Positions 33,706 to 43,436 of a stretch of 64,000 nucleotides of DNA are shown piece after piece. Below the pieces are notes generated by a model, which worked only from the letters and a program-made list of their open reading frames with translations, was not told the origin of the DNA and ran no database searches. The stretch is taken from assembly GCA_963730185.1 (NCBI GenBank), contig CAVSQW010000015.1, forward strand, positions 672,001 through 736,000. Direction: 5' to 3'. A program made the translations under genes and the position numbers. Origin of the DNA: an uncultured Gemmatimonadales bacterium. GTDB taxonomy: Bacteria; Gemmatimonadota; Gemmatimonadetes; Gemmatimonadales; GWC2-71-9. The number at the start of each line of letters is the position of its first letter. Position 1 is the first letter of the stretch.

Positions 33706-35793
33706 ATGAGCGACACGACCCCCTTCCGGGAACGGCTGGTTCGCCGCTACGCGCTGGGCCTGCTCGTGCTGGGACCGGCGGTGCTGGTCGCCATCACCGT
33801 GCTCGACCGCCGGTGGATCGCCGACCCGCTGCTGGTGCTGGCCCTGGTGGCCGCCACGACCCTGCTCCGCTCGGCGCCGGTCCGGCTGAGCAAGTTCTCG
33901 TATCTCAACCAGACCGGTCTGGTGGCCCTGGCGGGCGCCCTCACGGCGCCGCCCTCGTCCACCGCGCTCGGGCTCTGGATCGGCGCCGTGGTGGCCGACC
34001 TGTTGGTGCTCCGGAAGACGCCGCTGGCGTCGTTCGTCAACGCTGGCCGCGAGCTGATCGCGTTCGCCGCCGCCTTCGGCGGCTACGCGCTCACGGTCCG
34101 GTTCATCGGGCTCGGGCGGCTGTCGCTCGAGTTCCTCCCCGCGATCGCGGTGCTGGCCGGGGTGTACTTCTTCGTCAGCCGGCTCCTCTTCTACTTCTCG
34201 CTCTACATCCGCGAGAAGCTCACCGGCCCGGACCGGCTCTTCCTGCTTCGGTGGGAGGTCGTGGCCTTCCTGGCGTCGGTGCTGGGCGCCGCAGTCGTGG
34301 TCTGGGCGGTCACCTCGCTGGCGCCGGCCGGCTGGGTGCCGGTGGCCGTCGCGCTGGGGGTGTTGGGGTTCCTGACTCGGACCCTGCTGGAGGAGGCGAT
34401 CGCGGCCGAGGACCTGAACAAGGTCCACATGATGCAGTCCACCATCTCCAGCAACGTCAGCCTCAAGCTCTCCTTCGAGCAGCTGGAGCAGCTGGCCTAC
34501 CGGCTGGTGGACTGGGGCGACCTCCGAATCATGCGCACCGGCTCCGAGGGGATGAGCCTGGCCTATCGGGCGATCAACGGCCGCCCCGGCCGGCGGGCCC
34601 CCGATCCCGGCCTGGAGCGGCTCCGCGGCCAGGTGGTGGCGTCAGGCGAGACCCTGGTGGTTGGTGACACCCACCGGCAGGCCGGGCTCCAGCGCGATCC
34701 GAACGTTCGGACGGTGGTGCTCTATCCGCTCCGCTTCGCCGAGCAGCCCTTGGGCACCCTCGAGCTGGAGCATCACAAGCGCTACCACTACCGGGCCCGC
34801 GACCTCTCGGCCATCAGCGCCATCGCCGGCCAGATCAGCACCGCCATCCACATCGCCGAGCTTCGCCGGCCGCTGTTCGACACGGTGCGCCAGATCGGGT
34901 CGCAGAGCCAGGCCCTGGCCCGGGCGGCCAACTCGCTTCGGGGGAGCGCCAACGCTCTGGCCGCGGCGTCGGACAACATGCGGCGCGAGGCCGCGATGCA
35001 GGAGACCTTCGCCCGGACCGGCCTCGAAGCCACGACCCAGCTGACCGGTCGGGCGGAGCGCGCGGCGGCGGCCGGGGCCCGGGCGGCCCGGGTGAGCCAG
35101 CGCGCGGCGCAGGACGCGTCCAAGCACCGGCAGGGCATCGGCGAGGCCATCGAGCGGCTGCTCCAGGTTCGCGGCTTCGTGTCCGAGAGCTCGCGCCAGG
35201 TGACGGCGTTGGGCGCCACGACCACCCGGATCCGCGGCTTCCTCGAGTCGATCCAGGACATCGCCGAGCTGACCAACCTGATCGCCCTCAACGCCTCGAT
35301 CGAGGCGACCCGTGCCGGCGACGCCGGCCGCGGCTTCGCGGTGGTGGCCCAGGAGATTCAGCAGCTGGCGATCCAGAGCGCCTCGGCCAGTGAGGAAGCT
35401 GGCCGTCTGGCGGGGGCCATCACGGCCGAGGTGACGGCCATCGTCCAAGCCATGGGGCGGGGCGAGGCTCTGGTGGGCGGCGTCGGGCAGATGAGCTCCG
35501 CCGCGGCCTCGGCCCTCGACGCGATCGTGCAGGCCACCGATGAAGCCGGGAGCCACGCCCGCACCATCGCCGAGTCGGAAGCCGCGCAGGAGGCCGGGAG
35601 CCGGCGGCTGGCGGACCAGATCCGCCAGATCGCCGAGGCCAGCGTCCGGATGCGGGGCGACACGGAATCGCTCGCCAGCCAGGCGGCGGAGGCGAGCAAG
35701 GGTCAGGCCGAGCTCGAAGCCGCGATCGTGGAGCTCCAGCGGGTGGCCGGTGATCTCCAGACCCTGGCCCGCCACTTCGCGGTCGAGACCTGA
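33706..35793 (+). CDS. Methyl-accepting chemotaxis-like protein with polytopic membrane domain and GAF domain
   Basis: About 7-8 hydrophobic segments, GAF-like [23 protein letters not shown] hairpin [26 protein letters not shown]. Confidence 0.87.
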   Translation: MSDTTPFRERLVRRYALGLLVLGPAVLVAITVLDRRWIADPLLVLALVAATTLLRSAPVRLSKFSYLNQTGLVALAGALTAPPSSTALGLWIGAVVADLLVLRKTPLASFVNAGRELIAFAAAFGGYALTVRFIGLGRLSLEFLPAIAVLAGVYFFVSRLLFYFSLYIREKLTGPDRLFLLRWEVVAFLASVLGAAVVVWAVTSLAPAGWVPVAVALGVLGFLTRTLLEEAIAAEDLNKVHMMQSTISSNVSLKLSFEQLEQLAYRLVDWGDLRIMRTGSEGMSLAYRAINGRPGRRAPDPGLERLRGQVVASGETLVVGDTHRQAGLQRDPNVRTVVLYPLRFAEQPLGTLELEHHKRYHYRARDLSAISAIAGQISTAIHIAELRRPLFDTVRQIGSQSQALARAANSLRGSANALAAASDNMRREAAMQETFARTGLEATTQLTGRAERAAAAGARAARVSQRAAQDASKHRQGIGEAIERLLQVRGFVSESSRQVTALGATTTRIRGFLESIQDIAELTNLIALNASIEATRAGDAGRGFAVVAQEIQQLAIQSASASEEAGRLAGAITAEVTAIVQAMGRGEALVGGVGQMSSAAASALDAIVQATDEAGSHARTIAESEAAQEAGSRRLADQIRQIAEASVRMRGDTESLASQAAEASKGQAELEAAIVELQRVAGDLQTLARHFAVET

Positions 35794-35799
35794 GCCCCG

Positions 35800-36375
35800 A
35801 TGAGCGTCCTGATGGAGCGCCATCCCAGGCTGCCCTCGTGGGCGGTGGTCTCGGAGAAGCGACTGGGGCACATAACCCGGGTGGCCGAACTGGCCGGCCG
35901 CTGGGCCGACCGGATGGGGGTGACGCCGGCCGAGCGGACACGGTGGCTTACCGCCGTCTGGCTCCACGACGCGCTCCGGGACGCGCCCGAGGCCGAGCTC
36001 CGCCGCTGGGCCCCGAGCGCCGTCGGCCCCGCCGAGCTGCTCCACGGCCCCGCGGCCGCCGGCCGGGCCAAGGCCGACGGCCTCGACGACCGCGGCGTGC
36101 TCGACGCCGTCCGCTACCATTCCGTCGGGCTGCCCGAATGGGACCGGGCGGGCCGGATGCTCTACTGCGCCGACTTCCTGGAGCCGGGCCGGAGGTTCGA
36201 TGCCGAGGCCCGGGCCGAGCTCGCCGCGCGACTTCCCGACGACCCGGACGGCGTCCTCCTCGAGGTGGCCCGTCGCCGGATGGTTCACGCCGTCCGCTCC
36301 GGGTGGGTCATCCCGGAGCCTTCGTGCCGCTTTTGGAACAGCCTCGCTTCGCTCCGCCCCGACGCCGGCCGTTAG
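35800..36375 (+). CDS. yqeK: YqeK-like HD hydrolase (putative Ap4A hydrolase)
   Basis: RLGH..RV, WLHD, LLHG, VRYHSVG, LYCADFLEPGR. Confidence 0.8.
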   Translation: MSVLMERHPRLPSWAVVSEKRLGHITRVAELAGRWADRMGVTPAERTRWLTAVWLHDALRDAPEAELRRWAPSAVGPAELLHGPAAAGRAKADGLDDRGVLDAVRYHSVGLPEWDRAGRMLYCADFLEPGRRFDAEARAELAARLPDDPDGVLLEVARRRMVHAVRSGWVIPEPSCRFWNSLASLRPDAGR

Positions 36376-36745
36376 GCGCCCTCCTCCTCGCCGCCCTGCT
36401 CCTGGCGTGCCACGGTGGCCCCCAGCCCCCGGCGCCGACGAGCGGGTGGGCCAGCGGGTGGTGGTGGAGGTCCTGAATGCGAGCGGCCAGAGCGGGCTCG
36501 CCCGGCAGGTGACCCGGCTCCTTCGGGAGCGGGGCCTCGACGTCATCTACTTCGGCAACGCCTCCGTGAAGGAGGACTCCACCTTGGTGCTGGTCCGGCG
36601 GGGCGACGCCAGTCAGGGTAGCCAGGTCGCCCGGGCCCTCGGCAGCGGCCTGGTCCGAGCCCGGCCCGACACCGTGCCCCGGGTCGACGTGACCGTCCTG
36701 CTGGGACTGGACTACCGGTTGCCGCCGGGGGCCCCGCCGCTCTAG
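36333..36745 (+). CDS. LytR C-terminal domain lipoprotein (one frameshift near 36427)
   Basis: Signal with lipobox LLLAALLLAC in one frame, VEVLNASGQSGLA...VDVTVLLGLDY in the next; junction at a C run. Confidence 0.7.
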
Positions 36746-38072
36746 GCGGGTCGGGCCAGCCCGATCACCAGGTCCATGACGTTGGTGCCGGTGGCGCCGG
36801 TGTGGAGCAACGCCCCGGCCTCGGCCAGAGCGGGGTAGGCGTCGTGCCGCCGCAGGGCGGCCTCGGCGCCCGCGGCTCCGATCCGACCCCAGGTCTCGGG
36901 GTCGACGATCGCGCCGGCGGCGTCGGTCGGCCCGTCCCGGCCGTCGGTGCCCGCGGCGAGCAGCACCAGTGGCTCGGCTCGACCCGCCAGCACCCGGGCG
37001 GCGGCCAGGGCGAGCTCCTGGCTCCGGCCGCCCACGCCGTGGTCCCCGGCCATGGTGACGGTCGTCTCGCCGCCCCGGATCATCGCGACCGGGTGGTGTA
37101 CCGGGAGCCGGGCGAGGAGGTCGGCGGCGAGTCGGCCGCCGACCTCGGAGGCCTCGCCCCGGAGCACGGCATCGTCCAGGAACGGGCGGTAGCCCAACGC
37201 GTACGCCTTGGCGGCGGCCGCCTGCCGAGCGGTTCCGTTGCCTGCCACCACGAGGCTCGACCGCCGGGCGAAGGCGGGGTCGCCGGGTTTGGGGGTGTCG
37301 AGCGCGTTGCTGCGGAGGGCCCGGTCGAGCCGCTCGGCCACCGGGCCGAGCCGCTGGCCACCGGGCCGGGCAGCCCGGCTGCCGGGCCGGGCAGCCCGGC
37401 CAGCCGCCCCAGCATCTCGCCGACCTCGGCCGCCGTGCTCGGATCCGGCTCGCAGGGGCCCGAGCCGATGTCCGCGGGGGCGTCGCCCGGGACATCCGAC
37501 AGGCAGAGCACCCGGACGGCCGCGGCCGGTAGCGCCGCCATCAGCCGGCCGGCGCCCCAGCGGGCGAAACGCTTGCGGACCAGGTTGAGTCGATCGATCG
37601 GCAGCCCCGCGCGACCGAGCGCCCGGTGCAGGGTCAGGAAGTCGTCGGCCGAGATGCTCGAGACCGGTGCCGCGATCAGGCTCGAGGTGCCGCCGGAGAC
37701 GAGCACCCAGACCTCGTCGTCGGCCCCGATTCCGGCGACGAATCGGCCCAGCGCGTCCGCGGCGGCCAACGAGGCCGGCCCGGGGATCGGATGGTCGCCG
37801 GCCAGGGCGGTGAATGGCGGCGGCAGGGTCGGCGCCGGTGACGGGGTGACGACCAGCCCGCCCGCCGGAGCGAGTCCGAGCGCCCCCAGACGATCGAGCG
37901 CCGCCCCCGCCATCCCGGCCGCCGCCTTGCCGGTTGCGAGGATCCAGACCCGGCGTCCGGTCGGCAGCACCGTCGCGAGCGCCCGCCCGACGCACCAGCC
38001 GGGATCGACCGACGCGACGGCGGCCGCGAAGATTGCGCGAGCGTCACGACGGAGCGATTCATGAGAGGTCAC
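36742..38072 (-). pseudogene. Glycerate 2-kinase (TtuD/GckA, MOFRL family), frameshifted near 37355
   Basis: GKAAAGM, GDHPIP, SGGTSSL, SDVPGD..IGSGP in one frame; GGETTV, GGRSQELAL, GTDGRDGPTDAAG, TGTNVMD in another. Confidence 0.85.
37327..37400. repeat. Two abutting about 21-nt tandem duplications inside the glycerate kinase gene
   Basis: GAGCCGCTCGGCCACCGGGCC (37327-37347) then a 20-nt copy (37348-37367); CCGGGCCGGGCAGCCCGGC at 37361 and 37382. Confidence 0.8.
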
Positions 38073-38089
38073 CCGAAAAAGATACGACG

Positions 38090-39068
38090 ATGACCGGAGC
38101 CGAACGACCGCGGGTGCTCCTCCTCCATCCCGATCCCCGACTCGGTGGAGGCGGAGCTCAGCCGCGACTTCGAGGTGGCGCGGCGCCCGGACGATACCGA
38201 TCCCGGCGCGAACGAGCTCGCCCAGGCGGCCGACCGGTTCGACGCCCTGGTTCCGACGGTCACCGACTGGCTCCCACCCTCCGTGTTTGCCCGGCCCGGG
38301 GGCCGGCTCCGGATCGTGGCCAACTTCGGGGTCGGGGTGGAGCGGATCGACCTGGAGGCCGCCCGGCGCCATGGGGTGGTGGTGACCAACACCCCCGGAG
38401 TGCTCACCGACTGTACCGCCGACCTGACCCTGGCCCTGATGCTGATGACCCTTCGCCGACTGGGCGAGGGAGAGCGGATGCTCCGGGCGGGTGGGTGGAC
38501 CGGCTGGCGCCCAACGGGCTTCCTCGGCCGGCGTCTCACCGGTCGAACGCTCGGCATCGTCGGCTTCGGACGGATCGGTCGGGCGGTCGCGCGGCGGGCG
38601 GCCCATGGCTTCGGGATGCGGGTGCTCTATCACTCCCGCACCCCGGCCCCGGCCGAGGTCGAAGCGGCCTCGGGCGCCGAGTGGCACTCGCTCGACTCGC
38701 TCCTGGCCGAGTCGGACGTGGTGTCGCTCCACTGTCCCGCGACCCCCGAGACCGAGGGGATGATCGACGCGGAGCGGCTGGCCCGGATGCGCCCGGGAGC
38801 CTACCTGATCAACACCGCGCGGGGCACGCTGGTGGACGACGACGACCTCGTGGCCGCGCTCCGGTCGGGCCACCTGGCTGGGGCGGGGCTGGACGTGTTC
38901 GCCGACGAGCCGCACGTGTCGCCGGAGCTCCTGGCGCTGGAGAGCGTGGTGCTGTTGCCGCACCTCGGGAGCGCCACGGTGGAGACCCGGACCGCCATGG
39001 GGGAGCGGGTCCTGGCCAACCTCCGGGCCTTCTTCCGGGGCGAGCCGCCGCCCGATCGGGTGGCCTGA
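38090..39068 (+). CDS. D-glycerate dehydrogenase / glyoxylate reductase (D-2-hydroxyacid dehydrogenase); 1-nt frameshift near 38130
   Basis: NFGVG, NTPGVLT, GFGRIG, LHCP, INTARG, LDVFADEP, PHLGS; N-terminal MTGAERPRVLLLHP is out of frame with the body (in-frame ORF from 38145). Confidence 0.88.
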
Positions 39069-39117
39069 TGAACCCAGCCGGTCGGCCAACGACCAGCTCC
39101 GTCGGGAGCCCGGCCGC

Positions 39118-40182
39118 CTAACGGGCGGCGGCCCGGGGGCGATTCGCGTCGCTCTGGACGAAGAGCTGGCCGCAGGCCGCGCTGATGTCGAGGCCGCGGC
39201 TCCGGCGGACCACCGCCTCGATCCCGGCGCGGACCAGCCGGTCGGCGAAGGCCCGGATCCGATCCGAGGGGCTCGGCTCGAGGCCGTCCGCGCCACCCGG
39301 GTGGAGCGGCAGGAGGTTCACGTGAGCGCCGAGCGGGCGGGCCAGGGTGGCCAGCCGGTCGGCATCGGCGTCGCTGTCGTTCCGCCCGGCGATCATCACG
39401 TACTCGAGGGTGACCCGGCGGCCGAACCCGCGGGCCGCGGCCAGCACGTCGCGGAGCGGGTACTTCTTCTCGATCGGCATGAGACCCAGCCGGGCCTCAG
39501 GGTCGGCCGAGTGGAGCGAGATGGCCAGCCGGAACTGCTCGGGCCGCCGCGCCAGCGCCTCGATCCCGGGCAGGATCCCGACCGTCGAGACGGTGATGTG
39601 CCGGGCCCCGATCCCGATGCCGTCCGCCCCATTCAGGATGGTGAGGGCCCGGTCCACCGCGGGCCAGTTGAGCAGGGGCTCGCCCATTCCCATGAAGACG
39701 ACGTTGGTGGGCCGGTGGAGCGGATCGGCGACGATGATCTCCCGAACCTGTCCCACGATCTCCGCCGGACTCAGGTTGCGGCGAAAACCCATCCGTCCGG
39801 TGGCGCAGAACACGCACCCGAGGGCGCATCCGGCTTGCGACGAGATGCAGAGGGTCCGGCGGTTGCCGCTCGGGATCAGGACCGATTCGACGGCTTCGCC
39901 GTCGGCCAGGCGCCAGAGGTACTTCCGGGTGCCGTCGCGGCTCTGCTGGATGGTCTCGGCCTGCAGCCGGAGGAGCGGGAGCTCGCGATCCAACTGGTCC
40001 CGGAGGGAGAGGGGCAGCTCAGTGGCTTCGGCCCAGCTCCCGACCGGATTGATCCAAAGGCGCCGAAAGAGCTGCCCGGCCCGGTAGGGCGGGAGCTCGT
40101 GCTCCCGGGTCCAGTCGGTCAGGCGCTGCAGGGCCCCGGCCGGCGCCAGGTCGAGTAGGGAATCGGGGTCCGAACGCGGCAT
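39118..40182 (-). CDS. rlmN: 23S rRNA/tRNA m2A methyltransferase RlmN
   Basis: CISSQAGCALGCVFC radical-SAM motif, FMGMGEP, AACGQL. Confidence 0.95.
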   Translation of the reverse strand: MPRSDPDSLLDLAPAGALQRLTDWTREHELPPYRAGQLFRRLWINPVGSWAEATELPLSLRDQLDRELPLLRLQAETIQQSRDGTRKYLWRLADGEAVESVLIPSGNRRTLCISSQAGCALGCVFCATGRMGFRRNLSPAEIVGQVREIIVADPLHRPTNVVFMGMGEPLLNWPAVDRALTILNGADGIGIGARHITVSTVGILPGIEALARRPEQFRLAISLHSADPEARLGLMPIEKKYPLRDVLAAARGFGRRVTLEYVMIAGRNDSDADADRLATLARPLGAHVNLLPLHPGGADGLEPSPSDRIRAFADRLVRAGIEAVVRRSRGLDISAACGQLFVQSDANRPRAAAR

Positions 40183-40260
40183 GGCGGAAAAGTAGCGAGT
40201 CGTAAAGTCCCGTGCGTCAATTGCTTGGTGCCCCCTCGGGGAATTACGTTTTGCCCGGAT

Positions 40261-42045
40261 ATGACCACGTCCCCGGCCGCGACCAGCATGCGCACTCACC
40301 GGGCGGGCGCCATCACCCGGGCCCAGCTCGATCATTCCGTCCGGGTTGCCGGGTGGGTCCACCGTCGCCGCGACCTGGGCGGGCTGGTCTTCATCGACCT
40401 TCGCGACCGCGACGGGTTGCTCCAGCTGTCGCTGAGCCCCGAGTGGACCCCCGCGGTGGTCATCGAGCGGGCGCAGGCGCTCGGCACCGAGTCGGTGATC
40501 GCGGTCGAGGGCACGGTGGCGCTTCGACCCACGCCTTCGCGCGACGAGTCGATGGCGTCCCGCGAGGTGGAGGTCCACGTCACCGCGCTCGAGCTGCTCG
40601 GACCGGCAACCACGCCCGCCATTCCGGTGGCCCGGAAGGAGGGCGAGGACCTGCCCGCCGAGGAGCTCCGCCTCAGGCACCGGGTGCTCGACCTTCGCCG
40701 CCCCGAGCTCCAGCACAACCTGATGCTCCGCCACCGGCTGGCCCAGCGGGGCCGCCAGGTGTTGTCCGAGCTGGGGTTCCTCGAGATCGAGACCCCGATC
40801 CTCACCAAGCCCACGCCCGAGGGCGCCCGCGACTACCTGGTCCCGTCCCGAGTGCACCCCGGCGAGTTCTACGCCCTGCCGCAGTCACCCCAGATCTACA
40901 AGCAGCTCCTGATGGTGGCGGGTTACGATCGCTACTTCCAGATCGCCCGCTGCTTCCGGGACGAGGACCTCCGGGCCGACCGGCAGCCCGAGTTCACCCA
41001 GATCGACCTCGAGGCCTCGTTCGTGACCGACGAGGACGTGATGGGGTGCGTCGAGGCGGTGCTGGCCGGCCTCTGGGAAGAGGCCGGCCAGCCGGTGAGC
41101 TGTCCCTTCCCGCGCCTCACCTGGCGCGACGCGATGGAGCGATTCGGGATCGACAAGCCGGACCTCCGCTACGGCTACGAGATCCGCGACCTGAGTGCCC
41201 TGGTCGGCGACGACGCGGCGCCGTTCGTGCGCGACGCGCTCGCGGGCGGCGGCCGGATCCGGGGGATCGTGGCGAGCGCGGCCCAGGCCCTGAGCCGGAA
41301 GGACCTCGACGGCCTGGCAGGGATCGCCAAGTCGGCCGGAGCCGGTGGGCTGGTCTGGGCCCGGCGCGGGGCCGAGGGCTGGGAAGGGCAGGGGGTGAAG
41401 GCCGCGGGGAACGGCCTGTTCGAGCAGGTCCCGGCCACTCCCGGCGATCTGCTGGTGGCGGTAGTGGGCCCCGATCGGGTCACTTCGCCGGCGCTGCACG
41501 CGGTCCGGACGGCGCTGATCGGCCGGCTGGCGCCCGCTCCGGCGGTCAAACACGCCTTCGCCTGGGTGGTGGACTTTCCGCTCTTCGAGCCCGATCCGGA
41601 GACCGATCGGCACCTGTTCGTCCACCATCCGTTCACCTCGCCGCACCCGGACGACATCCCGTTCCTGGAGACCGATCCGGACCGCTGCCGCGCCCTCCAT
41701 TACGACGCGGTGTACAACGGGACCGAGCTCGGCAGCGGCTCGATCCGTATCACCGACCGCACGCTCCAGCAGCGGGTCTTCGCGCTTCTTGGGATCGGGC
41801 CGGAGGAGCAGGTGCGGCGGTTCGGCTTCCTGCTCGACGCCCTGACCACCGGCGCCCCGCCGATGGGCGGATTCGCGATCGGGTTCGATCGGGTCGCCAT
41901 GCTGCTCTCGGCCGCCGGCTCGCTTCGCGACGTGATCGCGTTTCCGAAGACCACCGCGGCCCGCGCCCTCTTCGAGGGTGCCCCGGTCCCGGTCACCGAC
42001 GCCGAGCTGGTCGAGCTCCACCTGACCGTCCGCCGCGATGGCTGA
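40261..42045 (+). CDS. aspS: Aspartate--tRNA ligase
   Basis: GWVHRRRDLGG, PEGARDYLVP, LPQSPQ, FRDEDLRADRQPEFTQ, HHPFT, GGFAIGFDR; start 40261 or 40288. Confidence 0.96.
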   Translation: MTTSPAATSMRTHRAGAITRAQLDHSVRVAGWVHRRRDLGGLVFIDLRDRDGLLQLSLSPEWTPAVVIERAQALGTESVIAVEGTVALRPTPSRDESMASREVEVHVTALELLGPATTPAIPVARKEGEDLPAEELRLRHRVLDLRRPELQHNLMLRHRLAQRGRQVLSELGFLEIETPILTKPTPEGARDYLVPSRVHPGEFYALPQSPQIYKQLLMVAGYDRYFQIARCFRDEDLRADRQPEFTQIDLEASFVTDEDVMGCVEAVLAGLWEEAGQPVSCPFPRLTWRDAMERFGIDKPDLRYGYEIRDLSALVGDDAAPFVRDALAGGGRIRGIVASAAQALSRKDLDGLAGIAKSAGAGGLVWARRGAEGWEGQGVKAAGNGLFEQVPATPGDLLVAVVGPDRVTSPALHAVRTALIGRLAPAPAVKHAFAWVVDFPLFEPDPETDRHLFVHHPFTSPHPDDIPFLETDPDRCRALHYDAVYNGTELGSGSIRITDRTLQQRVFALLGIGPEEQVRRFGFLLDALTTGAPPMGGFAIGFDRVAMLLSAAGSLRDVIAFPKTTAARALFEGAPVPVTDAELVELHLTVRRDG

Positions 42046-42991
42046 CGACCCGACCCGCCGGTTCTCGGTCGAGGGCGCCGATCCCCTGCTGCTGGCCGGG
42101 GTCAACGACGCCAACCTGATCGAGCTGGAACGGGTGCTCGGCGTCCGGATCGCGCTCCGGGGCGACCTGCTCGCCATCACCGGCGACGCCGAGGCTCTGG
42201 AACGGGCCAATGGGATCGTGCCGGGCCTGATCGATCTGGCCCGGATCGGCGAGCCGGTCACCCCGGACCTGATCGCCCGCCTGGCGGCCGACGGCGCCGG
42301 CCCGCCCGAGGTGGTGGCCGGCACCGACCTCAAGATCCTCCTGCCCGGCCTTCGCCGCGCGATCGTCGCCAAGACGCCGGGTCAGCGGGAGTACCTGGAC
42401 GCGCTGGCTCAGCACGACATCGTGGTCGGGATCGGGCCGGCGGGCACCGGCAAGACCTACCTCGCGGTGGCCAAAGCGATCGAGGCCCTGGCCCGAAAGC
42501 GGGTCCGCCGGATCGTCCTGGCCCGCCCGGCCGTGGAGGCCGGCGAGTCGCTCGGCTTTCTCCCCGGCGATCTCAAGGAGAAGGTCGACCCCTACCTCCG
42601 GCCGCTCTACGACGCGCTGGAGGACATGATGCCGCACGACCGGGTGCAGCGGGCCCTCGAGAGCCGGACCATCGAGATCGCGCCCCTCGCGTACATGCGG
42701 GGCCGGACCCTGGCCGACGCCTTCATCATTCTCGACGAGGCCCAGAACGCCACCGCCGCGCAGATGAAAATGTTCTTGACCCGCTTGGGCGTGAACAGCA
42801 AGGTGGTGGTGACCGGCGACAAGACCCAGATCGACCTGCCCAAGCGCGAAGAGTCGGGGCTGATCCAGATCGAGCGGATCCTGCCCGGGGTCGAGGGCAT
42901 CGCGTTCTGCTATCTGGGCGAGGGCGACGTGGTGCGCCATCGCCTGGTTCGCGATATCATCCGCGCCTATGCGGAGGATCAAAGCGGCTGA
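42038..42991 (+). CDS. phoH: PhoH-family ATPase (YbeZ)
   Basis: GPAGTGKT, RPAVEAGESLGFLPG, YMRGRT, DEAQN, RHRLV. Confidence 0.94.
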   Translation: MADDPTRRFSVEGADPLLLAGVNDANLIELERVLGVRIALRGDLLAITGDAEALERANGIVPGLIDLARIGEPVTPDLIARLAADGAGPPEVVAGTDLKILLPGLRRAIVAKTPGQREYLDALAQHDIVVGIGPAGTGKTYLAVAKAIEALARKRVRRIVLARPAVEAGESLGFLPGDLKEKVDPYLRPLYDALEDMMPHDRVQRALESRTIEIAPLAYMRGRTLADAFIILDEAQNATAAQMKMFLTRLGVNSKVVVTGDKTQIDLPKREESGLIQIERILPGVEGIAFCYLGEGDVVRHRLVRDIIRAYAEDQSG

Positions 42992-43436
42992 ATCTCATGC
43001 GGGCGCGCGGCGGGGTGCGCGCTCCCGGATCACGGTCGCGGGCCGGCATGCGCCGCTCGGGGGGGCGGCCGTCGTGCGCGCGGTCGACACCGTGCTCGCC
43101 GGCGAGCGCCGTCGGGCCGACGTCTCGATCACCTTTCTCGGTCCGGTCCGGATGCGGCGGCTCAACGCGGAGTGGAAGGGGCACGATCGACTCACCGACG
43201 TCCTGGCGTTCAGCCTGGCGTCGCCGGGCGCGCCCCTCCAGGGCGACGTCTACGTCTGCCGCGCGATGGCCCTGATCTCGGCCCGGGCCCATAAGATCCC
43301 GCTTCGTCGGGAGCTGCTCCGACTGGTGATCCACGGTACCCTGCACGTGCTGGGACACGACCACCCGGACGGCGAGGACCGGACCCGATCGGCCATGTGG
43401 CGGAGACAGGAGAAGTACCTCGCGTGTCTTGGCTGA
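42969..43436 (+). CDS. ybeY: rRNA maturation endoribonuclease YbeY
   Basis: TDVLAF, GDVYV, HGTLHVLGHDH; start uncertain. Confidence 0.92.
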   Translation: MRRIKAAESHAGARRGARSRITVAGRHAPLGGAAVVRAVDTVLAGERRRADVSITFLGPVRMRRLNAEWKGHDRLTDVLAFSLASPGAPLQGDVYVCRAMALISARAHKIPLRRELLRLVIHGTLHVLGHDHPDGEDRTRSAMWRRQEKYLACLG

